This document shows positions 1 through 5,788 of a stretch of 16,895 nt of DNA, one piece after another (position 1 is the stretch's first letter; every line of letters starts with the position of its first letter). A model generated the notes under the pieces. The model saw nothing but the letters and a program-made list of their open reading frames with translations. It did no database searches and was not told the DNA's origin. The DNA lies in assembly GCA_964572065.1 (NCBI GenBank), contig CAZNER010000030.1, positions 1 through 16,895 of the forward strand, in the 5' to 3' direction. The translations under genes were made by a program, and so were the position numbers. The DNA comes from an uncultured Candidatus Saccharibacteria bacterium. Its GTDB lineage: Bacteria > Patescibacteriota > Dojkabacteria > JAHIVN01.

Positions 1-171
1 GTTTATTAATGCGAGTAATTTTTGAGTGAAAATGTCCATTTTATATCCAGGTAGACCGTAAATACAGAATGACTTTTCATTCATTAGATAAATTAGAGCT
101 GTATCTAGTATATTTTTGGAATATAAGTTTGAAATTCTATCTGACAATTGACTATTAGATTTGATGTGCAT
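1..171 (-). CDS. partial CDS (first 57 codons, continues past left edge), hypothetical protein
   Basis: Minus-strand ATG at 169-171 opens 57 stop-free codons that run off the edge (MHIKSNSQLSDRISNLYSKNILDTALIYLMNEKSFCIYGLPGYKMDIFTQKLLALIN...). This is long for an open frame in such AT-rich DNA. It is missing from the supplied track only because of the length cutoff. No domain recognised. IYGLPGYKMD only vaguely resembles a degenerate P-loop. Confidence 0.4.
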   Translation of the reverse strand, partial: MHIKSNSQLSDRISNLYSKNILDTALIYLMNEKSFCIYGLPGYKMDIFTQKLLALIN

Positions 172-272
172 AGTTGTCCAAGATATATAATTACCTAAAG
201 TTTAACAATTATTATAATTTTGTCAAATATGTTCTGAATTATTTTATATCTATATAAAGAATTTAACTATTA

Positions 273-303
273 TTGGACAAAAAGAGGAAAGAGTTGATAT
301 AAT
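273..303 (+). promoter_or_regulatory. candidate sigma70-type promoter with extended -10 for the 332 gene
   Basis: TGATATAAT (295-303) is a TGn-TATAAT extended -10. TTGGAC (273-278) lies 19 nt upstream, a long spacer, so the -35 is doubtful. GGTGA at 320-324, 7 nt before ATG 332, is the only good SD-like motif I see in the window. Confidence 0.35.
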
Positions 304-331
304 CAGTATATATTGTATCGGTGAAAAGTTT

Positions 332-694
332 ATGGAAGAAGACCTGTGCTTAAAAACTGAGCAAGCAAATAACAGATTCATTTTTGATGGTTATGTCTAT
401 CTATATAGAGAATATGGTGAAATGGAAGTTGGTTGTTATGGAGTGAAAGTTGAAAATGAAGATTCAATTGTTTTAGTTAGTTTGGTTAGGTATAATCGTT
501 ATTTAACTGGAGAAAGCTTAACACCAGCAGAAATGCATCAATTTAGAAATGATATTTATGGTTGTGATGTAATTCTTGGATCTTGGACTAATGCATGCTT
601 TCCAAATTGTGTAAACAAACCTTTATATATTCCACATTACAGTCGATTAGGAATAGAGTTAAATAGAATTGTTGAAAGAAAAACTGAAAAATAA
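332..694 (+). CDS. hypothetical small Cys-rich protein (120 aa), possibly a distant member of the small-protein family to its right
   Basis: ORF track entry with an ATG start, the SD-like GGTGA upstream and a TAA stop. No domain recognised. The DSIVLVSLVRYNRY strand motif and a C-terminal helix loosely echo the neighbouring ORFs. Confidence 0.6.
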   Translation: MEEDLCLKTEQANNRFIFDGYVYLYREYGEMEVGCYGVKVENEDSIVLVSLVRYNRYLTGESLTPAEMHQFRNDIYGCDVILGSWTNACFPNCVNKPLYIPHYSRLGIELNRIVERKTEK

Positions 695-800
695 TTATTC
701 TATAGTATTAATCTATCAATATAGGTTGATTATATATGTAATTCGTGATAAAAATAGATAAAGAAAATGTCCAAAATAATTTATTTTTAATAATTTAGAT

Positions 801-1235
801 ATGTCACAATTAGCAGGTCCTGATAATGGAGTACAAGGGAATGTAGAACACGAATATAATGGAGATTTCAGAAGTCAGTTGCAAGTGTTGAGTGAAATGA
901 GATGGCCAGGATTAGTTGCATTTGAAAATAGTAACCATGCAATTGTTGTGGTGAAAACAAATTATTGTGGCTATAATTCTTATAGCTTTTTAGTTATAAA
1001 ATTGATTGATAGTGGATGTGTTTTATTAACTAATACTGGACCAGTAGGAAGCTATATGGAAATAGGTATTCATGGAAGAATGTTTATAATGACTAGAACA
1101 GGTCTTGAGCCAGGTGTTGATATAGAGAATGTTGGAGAATTAGTTAGTGTTGAATGGGATGCTGTTGTTGGTGATATTTCAGAAGTTATAAGTTATTATA
1201 GAGAATTAATAAAAGGATTAAATTTAAAAAGTTGA
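801..1235 (+). CDS. hypothetical protein, small-protein family member A (144 aa)
   Basis: ORF track entry, ATG start, TGA stop. By-eye similarity to the 2280-2765 product: GLVA, I(V)VVK, DSG, IGI.G, GVD.E, and a C-terminal Y(Y)RE(L)I helix, all in the same order. Confidence 0.65.
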   Translation: MSQLAGPDNGVQGNVEHEYNGDFRSQLQVLSEMRWPGLVAFENSNHAIVVVKTNYCGYNSYSFLVIKLIDSGCVLLTNTGPVGSYMEIGIHGRMFIMTRTGLEPGVDIENVGELVSVEWDAVVGDISEVISYYRELIKGLNLKS

Positions 1236-1277
1236 TTTAGGAGTCAGTTATTAAATTATTACTTTAAAATTTATAAT

Positions 1278-1721
1278 ATGGCAGATTTAGATACAACAGA
1301 GGGGGAAACTGAAGTAAGTGGATTAGAAACCAGGAGAGAATGTATAGAAAGACATCTATCGAATCAACAAACTTGTGCTGTTGCTGTTTCTATTCAATAG
1401 TCTAATGGTTTGAGAATAGTATTTGCATATAGAAATGAGGATGGCGGATGGGTAGTTGCAGCTGGAAGTTGTGTGCCTCAGATAGAAGGGAATTTAATAT
1501 TTAACTTTACAGAAGTTGAAATCGAAGAGGTAGAACCTGATGTTCCAGTTGAATATGGAAAAGGGGGTAAAAGTATAAGTATTAGACTTTTAAATCGACG
1601 TTTTAGATTAAATTATATAGTTAGCGAAGTAGAACATATAGATGTAGTATCTCAGAGTGATGGCGGTCCAAATGTTTCCGAAATAGCTGATACTTTAATG
1701 CGTATTAATGAAATTGGTTAA
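1278..1721 (+). pseudogene. small-protein family member B, interrupted by an in-frame TAG at 1398-1400 (or split into 40-aa and 103-aa products)
   Basis: ATG 1278 opens MADLDTTEGETEVSGLETRRECIERHLSNQQTCAVAVSIQ and then hits TAG. The track ORF 1410-1721 has a TTG start and lies in the same frame (1278 and 1410 are both 0 mod 3). The 40-aa piece matches the N-terminus of the 2280 product (MTSPDTQQ.. / ..QIEALFVSQESGLVA versus MADLDTTE.. / ..CIERHLSNQQTCAVA). The downstream piece carries the RIVFAYRN strand and a C-terminal helix like members A and C. Joined length is 147 aa, against 144 and 161 aa. Confidence 0.5.
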
Positions 1722-1744
1722 ATCTAACATTTAATATTTAAAAA

Positions 1745-1879
1745 ATGATCGAATCAGAAAAGGGAAATCTAAGAGCGGAGATTATAGGAAAAATAGAAGG
1801 TAGAGTTGTTACTGTTCAAAATATGGAAGGTCGAGAGGTAATTGGAACTCAGATATTGCAAAGATTGGAAGAACATTAA
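1745..1879 (+). CDS. possible 44-aa ORF (MIESEKGNLRAEIIGKIEGRVVTVQNMEGREVIGTQILQRLEEH)
   Basis: ATG to TAA open frame found by hand, below the track cutoff. Composition is charged and not low-complexity. There is no other support. Confidence 0.2.
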   Translation: MIESEKGNLRAEIIGKIEGRVVTVQNMEGREVIGTQILQRLEEH

Positions 1880-1977
1880 TAATAATTGAATCAATATCTT
1901 TCTGTAAGATATGTCGTTGAACTTTTTTGTAAAAGTTTATAAGGCTAATAATGGAAGATATTTCTTAGTATAAAAAC

Positions 1978-2096
1978 AGGGTATTTTTTGATCTCAAAAA
2001 ATACCCTAAAAAAAGATTAGGGAAATGTTAATTGCTCTAGTGAACAAACGTCATTCAACAGTTCCACCGCAGTAACATTTCCCTAAAACCCTAAAA
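1978..2096. repeat. family H composite structured element, copy 1
   Basis: Hairpin a is agggtatttttt / gatctc / aaaaaataccct (1978-2007), a 12-bp perfect stem with a 6-nt loop. A 10-nt spacer follows. Hairpin b is tagggaaatgtta (2018-2030) paired with taacatttcccta (2073-2085), a 13-bp perfect stem closing a 42-nt loop. The 3' end is then reiterated as aaa-cccta-aaa (2086-2096). The same architecture occurs at 6521-6624. Confidence 0.6.
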
Positions 2097-2241
2097 TTTA
2101 TACTATCTTAAGTATAGAAGACTAAGAAGGGTAATTGTTCTAGAGAATAGATGGTTTGATGGGGGAATTAGCAGGTTTCATATATTATTTATTAGGATTG
2201 AAAAATGGAGTCATTACAGGATAGAGAGATATTATTAGTAA

Positions 2242-2270
2242 TTGACGGTTTTTGTGAATTAAAATATAAA
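2242..2270 (+). promoter_or_regulatory. sigma70-type promoter for the 2280 gene, near-leaderless geometry
   Basis: TTGACG (2242-2247), a 17-nt spacer, then TATAAA (2265-2270). Only 9 nt separate the -10 from ATG 2280 and there is no SD. Confidence 0.5.
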
Positions 2271-2279
2271 TAAAATCTT

Positions 2280-2765
2280 ATGACAAGTCCAGATACACAA
2301 CAAGTAGTTACAGGAGAACAAGAAGCAGTTGATGTTTCACCAAAGAGACAAATAGAAGCATTATTTGTTTCTCAAGAAAGCGGTTTAGTTGCACCTGAGA
2401 TAATTGTCAGTGAAGGTGTTAATGACTACACTATAATTGTTGTAAAACATATAGATGTTAATACAGGTGTAGTAAATTGGAAATTTATTTCAGTTTTTTT
2501 ATATAGTGAAGACAGTGGTTTTGCGGTAACTCTATATACAACAGGTACTTATAGTACAATAGGTATACGAGGTACTGATATAGTAACTAATCCGGAAGTA
2601 GGAAGACAATTGGTTTACAATGGTGTTGATCTAGAGACTGGTATGCAGTATGTAGGAAAAGTGATGAATGTTGTTATTGAAGATGTTTTGACATTAGATA
2701 AAGTTATTGAAGGATATAGAGAAATCAAAAGAAGAATAAAAAATGGAGAATTTGATAAGAATTGA
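2280..2765 (+). CDS. hypothetical protein, small-protein family member C (161 aa)
   Basis: ORF track entry, ATG start, TGA stop, own promoter. Similarity to members A and B as described for those features. No known domain recognised. Confidence 0.7.
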   Translation: MTSPDTQQVVTGEQEAVDVSPKRQIEALFVSQESGLVAPEIIVSEGVNDYTIIVVKHIDVNTGVVNWKFISVFLYSEDSGFAVTLYTTGTYSTIGIRGTDIVTNPEVGRQLVYNGVDLETGMQYVGKVMNVVIEDVLTLDKVIEGYREIKRRIKNGEFDKN

Positions 2766-2837
2766 ATCTTTTTAGGTAAAGAGTTTGTGATATAGATACA
2801 ATATTAATTCCCGTTTAGAACACAAGTTGTATTAATA

Positions 2838-2921
2838 TTCCATTGTCAGTAATGGAACCAACAAATAGCGTTATAGGCGGATCCGCCTTGACTCACAAGG
2901 CGAGGCAGGTAATGGAATCAG
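2838..2921. repeat. family E GC-rich structured element, copy 1
   Basis: About 48% GC (hand count 40/84). Hairpin ttccatt-gtcagt-aatggaa (2838-2857) is followed by ccaac..atagcgtt. The GC hairpin cgccttg-actca-caaggcg (2884-2902) competes with the palindrome ggcggatccgcc (2876-2887). Then comes aggcgaggcag. The direct repeat gtaatggaacca (2849-2860) / gtaatggaatca (2909-2920) is 11/12 identical. The same ordered blocks occur at 16192-16306. Confidence 0.6.
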
Positions 2922-2938
2922 TCTTTAAGTGCTAAATT

Positions 2939-2958
2939 ATGCGATCAGGAGATCGCAT
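2939..2958 (-). terminator. hairpin immediately after the tyrS stop (putative terminator)
   Basis: atgcgatc-agga-gatcgcat has an 8-bp stem and starts 1 nt after the TAG stop (2960-2962). On the minus strand only a weak AAUUUA tract follows. A near-identical hairpin is at 6733-6752 in the opposite orientation. Confidence 0.5.
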
Positions 2959-2959
2959 T

Positions 2960-4249
2960 CTACTTAATTCTAACAAATTTTCTTTTGCCAACTTTAACGA
3001 CATTCCCCTTCTCCAGTTTAATTTTTTGTTCGAAGTCTTTTACTTTTTTACCTTCTATCTCTATTCCTCCTTGTTTTATTAGCCGTTTTGCTTCAGCATT
3101 ACTTGCTATTATTCCTTTTTTAACAAGTTCTTTCACTAACTCAAGTGCTGTTAATTCCTTTTTACACTTGATTTCTTTCATTTCATCAGGAGTCTCTCCT
3201 TTTTGTACAGTTTTTTCAAAATGTTCTTGAGCTTTTCGAGATATTTCTTCATCATTGAGCATCTTAACAATTTCAAATGCGAGCTGTTTTTTTAACAGCA
3301 TTTGTTTTCCTGATTTAATGCCTTTTTTGACTGTATTTAAGTCAATGTTAGTTAGTAATTCAAAACTTTCTAAAAGTTTTTCATCTGTCCATGACATAAT
3401 TTTTCCATACATATCTTCAGGAGCATCGAGAGATGAGATTGCATTACCAGTTGTTTTTCCCATTTTTTCTCCCTTTGTGTCAGTTAGGAGTTTTAATGTT
3501 AGAACAAACTTGTTTTTATTAGTGAGTTCTCTTGAAAGAGTCCTTCCTGTCAACATATTAAAGGTTTGATCTGAGCCTCCGACTTCAAGATCAACCTGCA
3601 TTACAGTACTATCAAATCCCTGCATTAACGGATACATTGTTTCATGAAGTCTTATTGGTTTCTCCTCTTTTAGTCTTGTTCTGAACATATCGTGGGATAA
3701 TATATTTTGAAGTGTAATTTTTCCCATTATCTGCAGCCAATCTTCTAATGTTACTTTTGATAACCAATCATAATTATTTAGAATCGTAATAGGATTATCC
3801 TTCCAGTCGAAATTCAATATTTTTGATGCTGTTGATTTATAATCCTTAAAGTTGTTCCAAACTTGTTGTTTTGTGAGAGGTTCGCGTGTGTATTGTTTGT
3901 CCGGATCTCCTATCATAGCTGTAAATCCGCCAATAAGAAATATCACTTGGTGTCCAAGTTTTTGAAATTGTGCTAATTTTCTCATCCAGATGAAATGCCC
4001 AACATGAAGGAAGTTTGCTGTAGGATCAATTCCTGTATAAAGTTTAATCCTTTTTCCTGACAGAAGAAGTTTTTTTAGATCCTTTTGTTTAGGAAAAATA
4101 TCTTTAACTCCTCGGGTTAATGCTTCATCGATTTTGTCAGGATCTGTAACAACATCCATTTGAGGTTCTTTTATAGATACCTTGTCAATATATTTATTCC
4201 ATATTTTTATTTCATTTGCTTTTTTTGATTTATTATTTTTCTTTTTCAT
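2960..4249 (-). CDS. tyrS: tyrosine--tRNA ligase
   Basis: Class I signatures are present: HIGH-type motif (LHVGH), KMSKS-type motif (KMGKT), a GIDPTA..LHVGH context and a C-terminal S4-like domain (..AEAKRLIKQGGIEIEGKKV). The N-terminus has a Lys-rich extension of about 30 aa. ATG at 4159 (MDVVTDP..) is an alternative start. Confidence 0.95.
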   Translation of the reverse strand: MKKKNNKSKKANEIKIWNKYIDKVSIKEPQMDVVTDPDKIDEALTRGVKDIFPKQKDLKKLLLSGKRIKLYTGIDPTANFLHVGHFIWMRKLAQFQKLGHQVIFLIGGFTAMIGDPDKQYTREPLTKQQVWNNFKDYKSTASKILNFDWKDNPITILNNYDWLSKVTLEDWLQIMGKITLQNILSHDMFRTRLKEEKPIRLHETMYPLMQGFDSTVMQVDLEVGGSDQTFNMLTGRTLSRELTNKNKFVLTLKLLTDTKGEKMGKTTGNAISSLDAPEDMYGKIMSWTDEKLLESFELLTNIDLNTVKKGIKSGKQMLLKKQLAFEIVKMLNDEEISRKAQEHFEKTVQKGETPDEMKEIKCKKELTALELVKELVKKGIIASNAEAKRLIKQGGIEIEGKKVKDFEQKIKLEKGNVVKVGKRKFVRIK

Positions 4250-4380
4250 TTTAATTATTAATAATATTATTTAAGATAAATATACAATCAATACGATATA
4301 ATCTCAATAGAAATACTGAAAATTATATAAACTGTAAATTTTAGTTAATTGCTTATTTGACATAATATTTTTATTTATAG

Positions 4381-4615
4381 TAAATAATTAACCCTCATTT
4401 TTATACCAGTGTTTGATATAAAAACAAGGGTCAATTGAGATAATTCGTAATTCGCATTTTGGCGGTACCACCTTTGTTTATTATTATATTACTATAATAA
4501 CCTCATTTCCCATTAAGTTGGAAATTCTTATTTAAATATTTAAATGTATTTCATCTTTTTGTAAACTCTCAGTCTGTGTTTACTTTCTGTATATTTAAGG
4601 ATTACTTAAAACTAT
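4381..4615 (-). promoter_or_regulatory. T-box riboswitch leader (tyrosine specifier) of tyrS
   Basis: The minus strand reads AAACAAAGGUGGUACCGCCAAAA (plus-strand ggcggtaccacc at 4461-4472), matching the conserved T-box core GGUGGUACCGC. The variable base in UGGU predicts discriminator A, as in tRNA-Tyr. UAC followed by A (plus-strand gta at 4546-4548) sits on the 3' side of a stem-I-like structure whose upper hairpin is gtaaac..gagag..gtttac (4561-4583). A terminator follows and the leader lies directly upstream of an aaRS gene. Confidence 0.75.
4392..4430 (-). terminator. T-box leader intrinsic terminator
   Basis: The minus strand reads cccttgtttttata-tcaaacactgg-tataaaaatgaggg, 14 bp including 2 G-U pairs, followed by UUAAUUAUUU. 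Its 5' arm can instead pair with AAACAAAGG just upstream of the T-box (8 of 9 pairs), as expected for an antiterminator switch. Confidence 0.6.
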
Positions 4616-4620
4616 AATTA

Positions 4621-4650
4621 ATTATAGCAGTTTTAATTTTTAATTTGCAA
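4621..4650 (-). promoter_or_regulatory. sigma70-type promoter of the tyrS T-box leader
   Basis: On the minus strand: TTGCAA (4645-4650), an 18-nt spacer, then TATAAT (4621-4626). Confidence 0.55.
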
Positions 4651-4673
4651 ATTGATTATATTTCAGGCAAAAT
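4645..4673 (+). promoter_or_regulatory. possible permease promoter sharing the palindromic TTGCAA -35
   Basis: On the plus strand: TTGCAA (4645-4650, its own reverse complement), a 17-nt spacer, then the weak -10 CAAAAT (4668-4673), then 9 nt to ATG 4683. The -10 is weak, so this is low confidence. Confidence 0.3.
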
Positions 4674-4682
4674 AATTAGATA

Positions 4683-5780
4683 ATGAACAAGAAGTTAAAA
4701 GCTGTTTTCACAATGGTAGCCGGTACCATTGGAGTTGGTTTTTTAGCTCTGCCCTATTCTATCTATAAATTTGGCACCTTTTGGGGAATAGGCTGTTTGG
4801 TGTTAGTAAGTTTATTGACTTTAGTAGGTAATCTTGCCTATAGTTCAATTGTATTAAAAGATAAAGGAAATAAACAGCTCCCAGGGTATACTAATAAATA
4901 TCTTAATTATTCTCTGTCTCATATAGTAACTTTTATTGTAATAATTGGATCTTTTGGTATCCTTCTTGCTTACAGTATTTTAGCTGGAGAGTCATTAAGA
5001 TTTTTAGTTGGTAATTTTAATATAAATCTAAGTGCTAGTTTTTTAGGATTGCTGTTTGTCATGATTTCTATTTTTGTAATGAAGTACGGGATGAAAGTTA
5101 TTTCAAGGATTTCGACTCTGGCTATTGTGATTATTATTTCATCTATTATATTATTAGTTGCTATTTCAATTCCTGAGATAAGTTCAGATAATATATCTTC
5201 ACTAAATTGGAATTATTTTTCATTAATTTTTGGAGTTTCAATTTTTGCGATGTTTTCAGTTACAACTGTGCCGGTTATTGATGAGATAATTGGTTATAAT
5301 AAGAAAGATTACAATGTAGTAGTATCTGTTTCCACAATAATAACTGCTTTTATATATATAATTTTTGGTCTTGTTCTAACTTTAGCATTTGGAGATAATT
5401 TAACTAGTACTTTGATAGATTCATTTGGTGCTAAGTATATTTTCCTATCAAATATTCTTTCTGTTTTAACGTTATTTGCTATATTTACCTCATTTATTTT
5501 AATAGCAAATAATATTAAAGAGATTTTAAATTATGATTATAAGTTATCTCCTAAAGTATCGGTGTTGGTGATTACTACGATATTAATATGGCTGATGGTT
5601 TTTAGTTTCCTTGATTTTGAGACATTGCTTTCTTTAGTAGGTAATTTTTCAATGGTATTGCAGTATATTATAATTTTCTGCATTTGGTTTATAATTAAAA
5701 AGGAGGCTAGTTGGATATATAAAGTTATTGTTATCATATCTGCTATAGCTTTATCTTTTGGTATATTTATTCAAATTTAA
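4683..5780 (+). CDS. amino acid permease, Trp/Tyr-permease-like (Aa_trans/HAAAP-type), possible tyrosine transporter
   Basis: 365 aa and polytopic, with about 10-11 hydrophobic segments. The N-terminal motif VAGTIGVGFLALP resembles the VAGT.IG.G.LA.P motif of TyrP/Mtr/TnaB-type carriers. Divergent from tyrS. Substrate assignment is inference. Confidence 0.7.
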   Translation: MNKKLKAVFTMVAGTIGVGFLALPYSIYKFGTFWGIGCLVLVSLLTLVGNLAYSSIVLKDKGNKQLPGYTNKYLNYSLSHIVTFIVIIGSFGILLAYSILAGESLRFLVGNFNINLSASFLGLLFVMISIFVMKYGMKVISRISTLAIVIIISSIILLVAISIPEISSDNISSLNWNYFSLIFGVSIFAMFSVTTVPVIDEIIGYNKKDYNVVVSVSTIITAFIYIIFGLVLTLAFGDNLTSTLIDSFGAKYIFLSNILSVLTLFAIFTSFILIANNIKEILNYDYKLSPKVSVLVITTILIWLMVFSFLDFETLLSLVGNFSMVLQYIIIFCIWFIIKKEASWIYKVIVIISAIALSFGIFIQI

Positions 5781-5788
5781 GACAGATT

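Noticed and set aside
801-1721. The whole stretch 801-1721 is in one frame, interrupted only by TGA (1233) and TAG (1398). This raised the idea of UGA or UAG recoding (for example code 25) and a single long protein.
   Set aside because: ORFs of 1774, 705 and 429 aa are intact under the standard code with no in-frame TGA, and TAG ends at least four good genes. The TGA at 1233 closes a full-length paralog of 144 aa, against 161 aa for member C. The 14 stop-free codons from 1236 to 1277 are unremarkable. Only the TAG at 1398 is kept as a finding.
2004-2096. Telomere-like CCCTAAA(A) repeats (ccctaaaaaaa, ccctaaaaccctaaaa).
   Set aside because: There are only two or three units. Each is the 3' end of a hairpin arm or its immediate reiteration. 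Nothing else suggests a linear replicon end.
2838-2921. Family E elements as integron attC sites closing gene cassettes, given the small unknown same-strand ORFs nearby.
   Set aside because: I cannot find the RYYYAAC and GTTRRRY core sites at the ends. There is no integrase in the window. The second copy is not in a cassette context.
2985-3569. Plus-strand track ORFs 2985-3230 and 3255-3569 antisense to tyrS. Similar antisense or alternate-frame ORFs occur at 5537-5737, 5767-6012, 8862-9059, 10360-10606, 11356-11562, 13356-13634, 13929-14132, 14425-14613 and 14802-14984.
   Set aside because: All lie inside well-supported longer genes, and their products are low-complexity S/F/L/I-rich sequence typical of shadow frames.
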